Origin: Eledone cirrhosa
Taxonomy: Eukaryota
Assembly (NCBI GenBank): GCA_964016885.1
Contig: OZ024743.1
Location: 269,204,001 to 269,268,000, forward strand
Reading direction: 5' to 3'
Length of the DNA: 64,000 nt
Below the pieces are notes generated by a model. That model ran no database searches. It was not told where the DNA came from and saw nothing but the letters and a program-made list of their open reading frames with translations. Below, one piece after another: positions 27,585 to 43,327 of the stretch. Both the position numbers and the translations under genes were made by a program. The stretch's first letter is position 1. Every line of letters starts with the position of its first letter.

Positions 27585-28350
27585 GAACCCTGGTGGCCCA
27601 CCTTGTGCCACCCAGATGCAACAGTACATGAGTCGACCGCCACCACCTGAATATAAGCTGCAGACTAGCTCTAATGGTACAGCGTCATTTGGCACAAATG
27701 GCACGAACCCTCTACAGACAATGCAAAACATGATTAACCAAACGAGCAGTACGATACAACCTGGGTATAGTGTGCCGGGTAAGACGGAGGCTAACTCTAG
27801 CCAGGCTGGCCTCTTACATTCAGCACAGGTCACTGCAGTACAGCAGATGTCCACCTCAGTTATGCCATCAGCTAACACTTCCCAAGCCCCTGTATCTAAT
27901 TATCCTAGCCCCTCATTGACAAGACACTCACCATACACAACACAAGCCCCCACACAGACACCTGTGGGTGGTTCCGTCACTAGTCGATCACAGCGGCCGC
28001 TGACGCCCACCTACAAAAGTTCGATCATGCGGAACCAGCGACCACCCAACGTAAATGTAGGACCAGATGGGTTGAACATATCACGCCCACGCAGTTCTGG
28101 AGATTGGCCGCGGCCAATGATGCAAGGCCAACCTGGAGCACGAATGGCTAGTGCAAACGGTCCCATTGCAATGTCACGCATGCATCTAGCAACAGCAGGT
28201 CCTGGTATGATGCAGCAGTACGGTGGTTATACAAATCCTGGTGCCATGCCGCCTGGACAGCATGCATCTCATATGCACCAGTCACAACTGGATGGCTTGC
28301 CCGGGCAGGCGGCAATAATGCACCAGAATTCACAACTGCTGCAGGTCCAA

Positions 28351-28381
<31 letters not shown>

Positions 28382-28668
28382 AACAACAGCAACAAAGCAT
28401 ACAGATGTCACAACGAATGGGCGTGAGAGCTCCACTGATGCACTGCACGCCAGCGTCTTCGTCTCCTTACAGTCTCGGCTCTGGAGCGGGATTTGCGGTT
28501 TCTGGTCCTGTGAACACCCATCAAAATGGTTACCCAGCCACAACTACACAGGAGGACTTTATGAACTTTTTGGATAGTGCCAATACAAGTAATGCAGATA
28601 TATTTGATAGCATTCAGGGTTCAAACACTGCAGACTTTAGCTTGTTAGATGAAATACTTGGCAAATAG
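25756..28668 (+). CDS. MAML: Mastermind-like (Notch co-activator) protein, large terminal coding exon; N-terminal exon(s) not in window
   Basis: Open frame of about 970 codons. It starts at a polypyrimidine/ttctaatttcAG acceptor (AG 25754-25755, phase 0; in-frame TAA at 25747) and ends at TAG 28666-28668. It begins SKLKSKKE and contains KQEP, an acidic block (LQSILENLDKEDLKGLDDF), AAETLKQMAAQHQ, TKPLSHY, a PPPEY motif, polyQ/H/A/N tracts and an acidic C-terminus DFSLLDEILGK. These resemble motifs of vertebrate MAML1-3. The track's GTG start at 25828 is internal. Confidence 0.8.
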
Positions 28669-28722
28669 GGAACAGCTGGGATGGGTAACACGGAAAAAAA
28701 AAATTTACAACAATTATAATAA

Positions 28723-28770
28723 TAAATAAATGAATAAATAAATAATAAAATTATTATAACAATAATAAAC
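28723..28770 (+). promoter_or_regulatory. Cluster of AATAAA hexamers just after the MAML stop (possible proximal polyadenylation signals)
   Basis: Several AATAAA within 100 bp of the stop codon, but in an (AAT)n/(AAAT)n low-complexity context. Confidence 0.25.
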
Positions 28771-29719
28771 GATAATAGTAAATATAATTAATAAAAAAGT
28801 AAAGAGAATAAATACAAATAAAAAGACAGAAGACTTGATTCATTTCATTCATATTGGGTAACCAATCAGATCAAACAGTTTGGTCCATCTTTTTTCATTG
28901 ATTAATAATTAATCAAGTCACATGGTCATGGTCAGGTGGTAAAAAAAATGATGAAAGAGAATTTTTTTTTTTTTTTCGTTGATGAAAAAAAACATGAAAT
29001 TTCAAGCAATCACACACAAAAAAGTTACCAACACATTTAAAAAGAATTTTTAAATTCACACAAATTCAAAGCAACTATTGTAGATAAATTGAATTTAAAA
29101 ACCCAAAAAAAACTTAACAAAGAATAAACAAATATATCTTCCATTATGAATAAAGAAAAGGAGGAGAATGTGAAAGAATGAGATTTACAAAATAAGAAAG
29201 AAAAAAAAAAGTTAATGAAAGATTTGAAACAAAAACATTGTTTTTTTTTTGTTATTTTTTTTTTGTTTCTTTTCAAAAGTGAAGGGTAAAAAAAAGAAAT
29301 TACGAATCAAAAAACATTGAAATTATGAATAAATTCCTTAAAACTTTATTAAAAAGAGAAAAAAACAAGGAACCAATAATTACTAAACAAACAAAACAAA
29401 ACAATAAATGAAATACCCAAACTATAACGGCCCCCACCCAACCCCCACTTGGACCACTTACCTGGCCAAACCATAAACTAAAAAGAATGAATGAAAGAAA
29501 GAAAGAGAGTCAGAGAGAGAGAGAGAGAGAGAGAGGATTCCTACCAAATAAAACAATGAAATGAGATTTGGGACACAGTTAATAAAGATTGTGTATAAAA
29601 ATAAATTGGAAAAATTATTAATTATTATTATTGTTGTTAATAATAATAATAATAATAAAAGTAATCAGGATGACGATGAAAATAATTATGATTTCTTAAA
29701 ACCTATATGTATTTGTGTT

Positions 29720-32260
<2,541 letters not shown>

Positions 32261-33539
32261 GCAAATAATCAATGTTAAAGAAAATGAAAAGACTTCTATT
32301 TCATTGTAAAAGACAGTATATATATATGTATAATATATGAACAAATATACAAACGACATGCTGCAAGGATGATGATGATGATGATGATTATAATAGTAAT
32401 CATTGTTATTGCTTAGAGATGGTGAGAAAGAAGAAAAGACACTGCTTTTGAGAAGGGAGGTTTGTTTTTTGTGAAAAATATTACGGTGGGTGGGTGAGCT
32501 GTAAAAAAAAGTTGTTTTTGTTTTTTTTTTGTTTTTCTTTTTGTTTAAAATGATCTGGTCAGAAAGGATGGGGGACGTGGGTTGGAAGGGTATGTTTTAC
32601 CTTGTTTTGTTTCATGTACTTGTTCTTTTTTTTTCATTATTTTTTTTATATATATACATATATATATATATATTTTGGTTTCCTTTTTTTTTCTTTAACC
32701 CTTTGATCCATTATTATATAAATACTATAAAAAGAATTTTTGCTTTTTCATTGTTATTATTATTGTCTTAATTATTATTGCATTGTATATAGCTCTCTAT
32801 ATTCTGATTTCAAATCCCGTCGTGGTCAAATTTACCTTTTATCCTTCCTGGGTAGGTAAAATAATGTACCTGTAACGCACTGAGTTCGATTTATTTGAAT
32901 TTCCCTTCCCCCAAAATTGTTGGTTTTGTGCCTAAATCAGAAACCATTATGTAGATTGGCAGTATCGGTAGAGCGTCAGACACCATGCTTTGCAGCATAG
33001 AGTTACCGCTCTTTTACGATATGAGTTCAAATCCCACCAATGTTGATTTTGTCTTTCATCCTTGCGGGGTCAATAAAATAAAGCACTAGTAATGCACTGG
33101 AGTAATTGCTGGCCTTGTGCCTATATCAGAAACCATTATTATTTTATAGTTTGGCATAGTCGTTAAAGTGTCGGACGCTTCCTTCGTAAATTTTGTTCCT
33201 GTTTTTACATTACGAGTTCAAGTCCCACCAAGGCCAACTTTGCCTTTTATCTTTTCCAGGGTGATAAAATAAAGTACTGGGGTTGATGTAATCGACTTAT
33301 CCTTCGTCACAAATTAGAAATAAAATAATGATAATGGCTTCTAATTTAGGCACGAGGCCTACACTTTGAAGGGGAGGGAAAAAATTGATTAAATCGACCT
33401 GGTAAGAAGGGAAGGCTAAGTTAACCTCGGCGGGATTTGAACTCAGACCACAAATCATATTGTCCACGCTCTACCGATACTGCCAATCCACTGCGCTGAA
33501 GAGGATGATAATAGTAATTATTATTACTATTAATATAAT

Positions 33540-33950
33540 TGTTTCTACTTTTGGCACAAAGCCAGCAATTAACCAGTGCATTACTGGTACTTTATTTTAT
33601 CGACCCCGTAAGGATGAAAGGCAAAGTTAACCTCGGCGGGATTTGAACTCAGACCATAAAGGGCCGTAACTCTATGCGTCAAAGCATGGCGTCCGATCCT
33701 CTACCGATACTGCCAATCCACCGCCCTAAATTACTATTAATATAATGATAACTATTATTATCATTATTATTAATAAGGGCGGTGAATTGGCAGTATCGGT
33801 AGAGGATCGGACGCCATGCTTTGACGCATAGAGTTACGGCCCTTTACGGTCTGAGTTCAAATCCCGCCGAGGTTAACTTTGCCTTTCATCCTTATGGGGT
33901 CGTAATGTACTGGGTAATTGCTGGCCTTGTGCCAAAAGTAGAAACAATTA
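33540..33950. mobile_element. Head-to-head inverted pair of near-identical SINE A copies
   Basis: 33540-33726 (-) and 33777-33950 (+), separated by an AT-rich spacer of about 50 bp. Confidence 0.85.
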
Positions 33951-34599
33951 TTATTAATAGTATCATTGTTGTTGTTTTTTGTAGCTAATTTCTTTCGGCA
34001 TTAATTATGTTAACATGTTCCTATTTTATTGATATTTACTGCAATACTAAGACAATGTTCAACTCTACAAGACATTACACACAAATGAGTCTTGCAGAAT
34101 AAAAAAATGGTGGTTTTGTTTTTCATATTTTTCCCCTACAACAATTCTCCTATACATCTTTCAGTTCCAAAGTTTATTTGGTAGATGTTTGTTGTTTCTA
34201 GTAAGTGATACAGCAATATTAATGATGCACATGAAACAAAAAAAGAATCACATGAGACTAATGAACAAAGCCTCCATCTTCCTTGTCAGTCAGCGCCGGG
34301 TGTGTTTGGATGATGAGCCCAGGTTGCACGATAGCTTCAACAAGCCACCGGAGAGATGCATACGAGACAACAGAACAACACAAGAAACAGGAAAACAACG
34401 CTGTGTCTTTCTACTAGAACAACAAAAGGAGTACGTAAAGAAAGAAGTTTTGAGACTGGAAACAGGGCAGGATATGATGCAAGCGACCCTTCTCACATCC
34501 TTCACAGTTTATGCAGATCTTTGGGGGAATTCCTTATTTTTTTCTTCATGTTTTCTCCTTTACACTTGATCTCAAAACGCTTGGCGCACTTTAGTCTTA

Positions 34600-35381
34600 A
34601 CGTTGACGGCACTATAACCTTAGTTTCAACATTGGTGACACTAACACCCTTGTTTCACCATTGGTGACAATATAACCTTACACTAAAATCTTAGTTTCAA
34701 CACTGGCGACACTAAATTCTTAGTTTCAACACTGGTGACACTAAAACCTTAGTTTCATCACTGGTGACAGTAACACCCTAGTTTCACCACTGGTGACACT
34801 AAATTCTTAGTTTCAACGCTGATGACACTAAAACCTTAGTTTCACCACTGGTGACACTAAATTCTTAGTTTCAACGCTGGTGACACTAAAACCTTAGTTT
34901 CACCACTGGTGACACTAAATTCTTAGTTTCAACGCTGGTGACACTAAAACCTTAGTTTCACCACTGGTGACACTAAATTCTTAGTTTCAACGCTGGTGAC
35001 ACTAAAACCTTAGTTTCACCACTGGTGACACTAAATTCTTAGTTTCATCACCGGTGACACTAAAACCTTAGTTTCACCACTGGTGACACTAAATTCTTAG
35101 TTTCAACGCTGGTGACACTAAAACCTTAGTTTCATCACTGGTGACAGTAACACCCTAGTTTCACCACTGGTGACACTAAAATCTTAGTTTCATCACTGGT
35201 GACAGTAACACCCTAGTTTCACCACTGGTGACACTAACATCTTAGTTTCATCACTGGTGACAGTAACACCCTACTTTCACCACTGGTGACACTAAAACCT
35301 TAGTTTCATCACTGGTGACACTAAAATCTTAGTTTCAACACTGGTGACACTAAATTCTTAGTTTCAACACTGGTGACAATA
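34600..35381. repeat. 29-bp satellite, left (more diverged) block with 58-bp dimeric alternation
   Basis: Units ACACTGGTGACACTAAA(AC/TT)CTTAGTTTCA, with AAATTCTTAG/AAAACCTTAG alternation and TAACACCCTAG variants; about 27 units. Confidence 0.95.
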
Positions 35382-35599
35382 TTATCTACATCTGTTCATC
35401 AATATTGGTGCCACTTCATTATATAAGTAACTCTTTACAGTTAATCCATTTCTCAAAGTTACTTCGCTGCCTTCTCCCTTTAACAGTAAGAGAACTTTCC
35501 CAAATATTTCCTTTTTACAAAATATAATCAATGTACCAGACGGGGGAAATAAAGGAGTTATATACAAGAAGGGAAATAAATAATTTTCTATATAGATAA

Positions 35600-36422
35600 T
35601 AAACACAACCACAAGGATATGGTCCGAACGTGGAAGAGCCGAACTCCCACTGTCATCGTCTCCATCTCTCTGTATGGTGAGCAAATGGGGTCCCGTGTGC
35701 TGGCCTCCCACAGCCCCGGCGGACAGAATAGAAAAGGCGTTTCCCTGGAAGATGGTAAGGGAGATGTGCTGGAAGAGCCATTCCATCTCGCGAGGCTCAC
35801 ACCTGCGGCTGGCTAGCTCAGCGCCTGTGATGGGGAGTAGGGAGGTAGCCCTAGGGCCAAGGACACCAGAAGTCTCCACTGCCAAGGGGACGAATGCAAA
35901 CCTGCCGGAGAGCGACCTGTACTTGGAGAGTTTTCCCTCCTCAGCCCGACATGCGGCAGAACCTGGGTTAGTCGCAGACTGCACCAGCTTGCGACTGGAG
36001 AAAGTGTCACTGCAAGTAGCATCCCAGACGATGGGTTTGCAGCATCCAAGCCGTGCTTTATGACCTCGTCGAGGGCAGCATAGCGTGGAAGGCGGCCGGC
36101 ACAGTGGCGAGAGGATAGCGGGTGGAGGCCGAAAAAGTCCACGGTGGATCCACAGCGACATTTATGTGGCTCGCAGATCCGGGTGCCAAGCTACAGGGAA
36201 ACACCGATGCGCAGGCTATCGTTGTCCAGCTGCGTGCCAGTGCAGAAGGTGGGCAAGGCATGGGGCCAGGCACCACTGTGGGGTTTGGAGGCTGTGCGAA
36301 AACAGGCAAGGCAGTGCTGGCCGAGTTGGCACGTGAGCCTGTCTGACACCAGGCTGCAATGGATGGCATGCCAAGTATTTTGGGGTGACTTGCAGGGGGA
36401 GAAGGAGGAGGGACGTCTACTG
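35600..36422 (-). mobile_element. CRE-like non-LTR retrotransposon 3' fragment (zinc knuckle plus restriction-like endonuclease), inactive
   Basis: SGAWPHALP...LDNDSLRIGVSL*LG...CRCG...GLHPLS...AGRLPRYAALDEVIK, then WDATCSDTF...AEEGKLSKY...FVPLAVETSGVLG...LFQHISLTIFQGNA. There is a stop at 36191, and the RPDG segment is deleted with a frameshift. Confidence 0.8.
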
Positions 36423-39272
36423 GACAATAAAACCTTAGTTTCAACACTGGTGACAATAAAACCTTAGCTTCAACACTGGTGACACTAAAACCTTAGTTTC
36501 AACACTGGTGACACTAAAACCTTAGTTTCAACACTGGTGACACTAAAACCTTAGTTTCAACACTGCTGACACTAAAACCTTAGTTTCAACACTGGTGACA
36601 CTAAAACCTTAGTTTCAACACTGGTGACACTAAAACCTTAGTTTCAACACTGGTGACACTAAAACCTTAGTTTCAACACTGGTGACAATAAAACCTTAGT
36701 TTCAACACTGCTGATACTAAAACCTTAGTTTCAACACTGGTGACACTAAAACCTTAGTTTCAACACTGGTGACAATAAAACCTTAGTTTCAACACTGGTG
36801 ACAATAAAACCTTAGTTTCAACACTGGTGACAATAAAACCTTAGTTTCAACACTGGTGACAATAAAACCTTAGTTTCAACACTGCTGACACTAAAACCTT
36901 AGTTTCAACACTGGTGACACTAAAACCTTAGTTTCAACACTGCTGACACTAAAACCTTAGTTTCAACACTGGTGACACTAAAACCTTAGTTTCAACACTG
37001 GTGACACTAAAACCTTAGTTTCAACACTGGTGACACTAAAACCTTAGTTTCAACACTGCTGACACTAAAACCTTAGTTTCAACACTGGTGACACTAAAAC
37101 CTTAGTTTCAACACTGGTGACACTAAAACCTTAGTTTCAACACTGCTGACACTAAAACCTTAGTTTCAACACTGGTGACACTAAAACCTTAGTTTCAACA
37201 CTGCTGACACTAAAACCTTAGTTTCAACACTGCTGACACTAAAACCTTAGTTTCAACACTGGTGACACTAAAACCTTAGTTTCAACACTGGTGACAATAA
37301 AACCTTAGTTTCAACACTGGTGACAATAAAACCTTAGTTTCAACACTGGTGACACTAAAACCTTAGTTTCAACACTGGTGACACTAAAACCTTAGTTTCA
37401 ACACTGGTGACAATAAAACCTTAGTTTCAACACTGGTGACAATAAAACCTTAGTTTCAACACTGGTGACACTAAAACCTTAGTTTCAACACTGCTGACAC
37501 TAAAACCTTAGTTTCAACACTGGTGACACTAAAACCTTAGTTTCAACACTGGTGACACTAAAACCTTAGTTTCAACACTGGTGACAATAAAACCTTAGTT
37601 TCAACACTGGTGACACTAAAACCTTAGTTTCAACACTGCTGACACTAAAACCTTAGTTTCAACACTGGTGACAATAAAACCTTAGTTTCAACACTGGTGA
37701 CAATAAAACCTTAGTTTCAACACTGCTGACACTAAAACCTTAGTTTCAACACTGGTGACACTAAAACCTTAGTTTCAACACTGGTGACACTAAAACCTTA
37801 GTTTCAACACTGGTGACACTAAAACCTTAGTTTCAACACTGGTGACACTAAAACCTTAGTTTCAACACTGCTGACACTAAAACCTTAGTTTCAACACTGC
37901 TGACACTAAAACCTTAGTTTCAACACTGGTGACACTAAAACCTTAGTTTCAACACTGGTGACAATAAAACCTTAGTTTCAACACTGGTGACAATAAAACC
38001 TTAGTTTCAACACTGGTGACACTAAAACCTTAGTTTCAACACTGGTGACAATAAAACCTTAGTTTCAACACTGGTGACACTAAAACCTTAGTTTCAACAC
38101 TGCTGACACTAAAACCTTAGTTTCAACACTGGTGACAATAAAACCTTAGTTTCAACACTGGTGACAATAAAACCTTAGTTTCAACACTGCTGACACTAAA
38201 ACCTTAGTTTCAACACTGGTGACACTAAAACCTTAGTTTCAACACTGCTGACACTAAAACCTTAGTTTCAACACTGGTGACACTAAAACCTTAGTTTCAA
38301 CACTGGTGACACTAAAACCTTAGTTTCAACACTGGTGACAATAAAACCTTAGTTTCAACACTGGTGACACTAAAACCTTAGTTTCAACACTGCTGACACT
38401 AAAACCTTAGTTTCAACACTGGTGACAATAAAACCTTAGTTTCAACACTGGTGACAATAAAACCTTAGTTTCAACACTGCTGACACTAAAACCTTAGTTT
38501 CAACACTGGTGACACTAAAACCTTAGTTTCAACACTGGTGACACTAAAACCTTAGTTTCAACACTGGTGACACTAAAACCTTAGTTTCAACACTGGTGAC
38601 ACTAAAACCTTAGTTTCAACACTGGTGACAATAAAACCTTAGTTTCAACACTGCTGACACTAAAACCTTAGTTTTAACACTGGTGACACTAAAACCTTAG
38701 TTTCAACACTGGTGACACTAAAACCTTAGTTTCAACACTGGTGACACTAAAACCTTAGTTTCAACACTGGTGACAATAAAACCTTAGTTTCAACACTGCT
38801 GACACTAAAACCTTAGTTTCAACACTGCTGACACTAAAACCTTAGTTTCAACACTGGTGACACTAAAACCTTAGTTTCAACACTGGTGACACTAAAACCT
38901 TAGTTTCAACACTGGTGACAATAAAACCTTAGTTTCAACACTGGTGACACTAAAACCTTAGTTTCAACACTGGTGACACTAAAACCTTAGTTTCAACACT
39001 GGTGACACTAAAACCTTAGTTTCAACACTGGTGACAATAAAACCTTAGTTTCAACACTGGTGACACTAAAACCTTAGTTTCAACACTGGTGACACTAAAA
39101 CCTTAGTTTCAACACTGGTGACAATAAAACCTTAGTATCAACACTGGTGACAATAAAACCTTAGTTTCAACACTGCTGACACTAAAACCTTAGTTTCAAC
39201 ACTGCTGACACTAAAACCTTAGTTTCAACACTGCTGACACTAAAACCTTAGTTTCAACACTGCTGACAATAT
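36423..39272. repeat. Homogeneous 29-bp satellite array (about 98 units)
   Basis: Unit GACACTAAAACCTTAGTTTCAACACTGGT, with two recurrent variants (TGGTG/TGCTG and CACT/CAAT). Confidence 0.97.
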
Positions 39273-39585
39273 ACCGTGTAGAAACAATTGAATGATATTC
39301 TTTTCATTTTTCTATCTATTGAAAACATTGCAATTTGCACCAGGAATAATGTAATTTACAGCTTGGACCTATGTGTATTTGGTTTGTCTAGAGCAAGGTT
39401 GCATCTCATGGGAGTTTTCTTGTGTGTTTCAAAGTAGATCTTCCAATCCTGTTATGAAAGGTAATGTCGAATGAAGGGTTCGGTTAAAACATCGAACCCA
39501 CGCCCTTAACCACTATATCATGATTTGGCTAATCTATTTTTGTACTGGAAATTATGAGATGGATAAATCTATTCGAGCATACATG

Positions 39586-39625
<40 letters not shown>

Positions 39626-40014
39626 TAGTTGAAATGAGCAACGAAACACAGGAAACAATTCTAGACAGTGATATTAGGTTCATATATATATATAGAAGCT
39701 TTCGCCGTATTTTTTATATATATATATATATAAAGCGTGAACCTAATACCATTTGTAACTTGTACACATGCGTTGTGGTTTGTTGTTTTTTGTATTCCGA
39801 AATATATATATATACAAATATTAAATAAAACAAGCATTAGTGTATTAAATCATTGTAATTGACTTACACGAGTTTCACTAATCCAACTATGAATGAAACA
39901 GTCAATACCCGAAGAAATAGTTCGTTAGAACCAAACAAAATAATAGAAATTAAATGAGTGAATAAACCTGCAGGAAATAGATGTTGTTTAGATAAACCGA
40001 GTAGACACTATTAA

Positions 40015-40275
40015 GGGTGGTGGATTGGCAGTATCGGTAGAGGGTTGGACACCATGCTTTGAAGTATTCGGTAGAGGGTTGGACACCATGCTTTGAAGTA
40101 TTCGGTAGAGGGTCGGACACCATGCTTTGAAGCATAGAGTTACGTCCCTTTATGATCTGAGTTCAAATCCCGCCGAGGTTAACTTTGCCTTTCATCCTTA
40201 CGGGGTCGATAAAATAAAGTATCAGTAATGTATTGAGATAATTGCTGGCTTTGTGTCAAGAGTAGAAACAATTAT
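40015..40275 (+). mobile_element. SINE A copy with a triplicated segment of about 34 bp near the 5' end
   Basis: GTA(T)TCGGTAGAGGGT(T/C)GGACACCATGCTTTGAA occurs three times before box B. Confidence 0.8.
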
Positions 40276-40408
40276 TAAGATTAGATAGAAATAATAGAAT
40301 GTGATTTTACTTCCTAACTAAAGTTGCATTTCAATTCACGTTTAAAACAGTCGTTCAAAATTGCGTTAATAGGAACGTTAAGATATGTAACGAAATTAAT
40401 AGCTACAG

Positions 40409-40486
<78 letters not shown>

Positions 40487-40959
40487 GTGTGTGTGTGTGT
40501 GTAGCTATTGATTTCTTTACATACCTTAACGTCGGCGATTAAACCGGCAACCCACCAAGCTTGCTTGGTGAGGAGGGTGATATTTGGACACCCTACGGGA
40601 TGAAATACAAAACCTGGCAAAAGGCGGATAAACTCAGCAGAATCAACGGCCATCCAAATAGTACTTTTTTTTTAACCTGGGAGTGAAGGGCCCCCTGTTG
40701 TTGTCACAACATCTTTCTAGGAGAGGGAAACTCTGAAAAAAACCTGCGGCTTTGGAAACATCCGATGATGTTGACCAGTTCTCCTTTTCGGGTAGTGTTT
40801 TCGATGCTCAGAGAGTGGGATTGGTCGCGTGCAAGGCCTTTCCCCACTTAAAAAACCTTCAAAGCATAGGCATCGGAAAAACAAATATATATATATAAGT
40901 TTATCGCGGGTTCAATCGGGGGGAACCACAGTAAGTATGGTACTCAACATATATATATA

Positions 40960-43129
40960 TATTCTTATCCCATCCTCATATCTGAGGGTCGCAGGTCATG
41001 GATTTATTGACCAGCACTCTCTATCTTCCCCTGTATCCTACTATTGCTGTACATTCCGCCAAACTCCTTCCTGTGCTTTCCTTAATATCATCTGTCCATC
41101 TCCTTTTCAGCTGTTCCATGGCCCGTTTCCCTTGTATTCCTTCCTCAACGATGTGGGTAGTCAAATTGTGGGCCCTGATGACATGACCAAAATACTGAGG
41201 TTTCCTCTTCCTTACTGTTTCAACTAACTGCCGATTGGCAGCAATCTCTTCCAGGACAGATTCCTTTGTTCAGTGAGCTGTCCAGCTAATTACACACCTA
41301 TAGCATGGCATTTCAAATTCACTCTGTCGTTTCAAGTCAGATGCCTTTAAAGTCCATGACTCACAACCATATAGAACTACCGGCACATTAATGTTTTGAT
41401 TACTTTCTTTTTGCTGGACTTTGTAAGAATTCTATCATTCCAAAGGCTGCTGAGTGTGCTCAGTTGTTAGTCTTGTCCTTATTTCCCAACTTCCCTCTTT
41501 CGTCCAAGGTATTTGAACTTCTCGACTTGTTCAAGCCTAGCACCTTGGCACCGTATGTTCATTTCTTCCTTCTGTCTAGTTGCTGCCATTACTTGTGTCT
41601 TTTTGATGTTGCTCTCCAGACTATATTCCTTAGAAATTCTGTAAACTTTATCCAGTAGTGTTTATAGATTTGCTGGTGTGTTTGCTATGAACACTAAGTC
41701 GTCAGCATACCGCAGGTTGTTGATCTCTTTTCCACCAACAGTAACCCCGATCCAGGAGAGCATATCTACATACTTTCACATTACAAATATTGAATGCCAG
41801 GGTGAACCATTCTTTGAGCTCTTTTGCATTCTCACTGCAGCTTGTTGCTCGTCACACAGATTCTTTAATAATTTCACTATTGTGCCGTTCATTCCAATCC
41901 CCTTCTATACGTTCCAAAGTCTTGAATGTAATGCAGTCAAATGCCATTTTATAATCTATAAATGCTAAATACAAAGGCACATTAAACTCCCTTGCTTTTC
42001 CCATGATAATTCTGATATTGAAAATCTGATCCCTGGTCCCCACCTTCCTTCTGAAACCCATTTGTTTGTCCGCACACAGTTCTTCTACCGTACTATGCGT
42101 TCTCTCTAAGAGTATCTTGCTAGTATGGCTAATGAGAGCGATCGTACGGTTTTCTGTACATTTCGTTGTTCCTGCGATATTTGTTTGGTACGCTAATAAA
42201 AACTGCCTTCTTGCAATCGGCAGGCCATTCGCCTGTTTCTACAAGCCTATTGAACAGTCGGCACAATATCTTAATCATTGTTTCCTTGTCTATCTTTAAA
42301 AGCTCTGCAGGCAGGTCATCGATACCAGCAGCTTTATTGTTCAAAGCCCCCCTGACTTCTGATTCCAGAATACATGGAAATTCGACTTGTTGGTTAGTTA
42401 CCTCCCCATCCTCCCGATACAACCCTTCACCATACCCCTTCCACCTTTTAAGAATGTTCTTAAGATCAGCCAGGACCTTACCTTCATCATCCCCAATGTT
42501 TTGCATGGAAGCCCTTTTTTAGTGACTTTATGACACTGTATGCCTTCCATATATTATTTCTGCAATACCTTCTTTCAACCATCTTACCTTGTTCTGTCTG
42601 GCTTCTCTCTCTACTGCTTTATCCAATTTTTGGTACTTTGCTTAATTAAATTCAGAAGTAGCCCTGGTACGTTTGAACTTTTATGCTCGCTCATCAGAGG
42701 GAGAAGGCCAAAAACTAATCAGTCTTTTACCCGCCTCATTAGGTGTGCCCAAACCGGATTTTCCAATCACTCAGTGTCTCCTGATTTCTCTCCAACTTTA
42801 GCATTGAAATCCCTTGTCACTATCACAATATCCTGACTGTGGAAATTTTGCAGCGTTTCTTGTATCGACTCGTAGAAAACCCCTGCCTCTTCTTCATCTA
42901 CCTCCGCTGTAGGTGAGTATACCTAAAGGACAGCTTGATCGGTGGTGCTTTACTGCAGACATACAATACTCTATTGTTAACTGGTTGGTAGGACACCATG
43001 CTGTGCGATGCCTCTTTTGAGAGAATGAATCCTCTGCCCGTTCTATGTCTGTTTCCTTCTGAGTACATCACAAGCTCTCCTTCAGCGGTACAGAAATGCC
43101 CTGATCCTGTCCAATGCGTTTCAGCAATG

Positions 43130-43132
<3 letters not shown>
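40960..43132 (-). mobile_element. Decayed RTE (BovB-like) LINE: APE endonuclease and RT
   Basis: IAETHWTGSG...GFILSK (APE); KAAGIDDLPAELLK, GFRRKVGTRDQIFNIRII...AFIDYKMAFD and INNLRYADD (41700-41725) in the RT; multiple frameshifts. Confidence 0.9.
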
Positions 43133-43210
<78 letters not shown>

Positions 43211-43295
43211 TTATTAGTACAGATTAATATTTTAAGCAGTAAATTACTGTTGTATGTATATATTATCATATTATTATTATTATTATTCACTCACG

Positions 43296-43325
<30 letters not shown>

Positions 43326-43327
<2 letters not shown>

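Noticed and set aside
25814-28543. Antisense and alternate-frame ORFs overlapping MAML
   Set aside because: By-products of CAG-rich, GC-richer coding sequence.
34189-34667. ORFs of 103-126 aa before the satellite
   Set aside because: No recognisable motif or convincing exon boundaries.
36423-39272. CRISPR-like array of 29-bp repeats
   Set aside because: Units abut with no unique spacers, there are no cas genes, and the context is eukaryotic.
34600-39272. C2H2 zinc-finger array (minus strand reads C-H-Q-C)
   Set aside because: A 29-bp period is not a multiple of 3, stops flank the motif, and there is no His pair or TGEKP linker.
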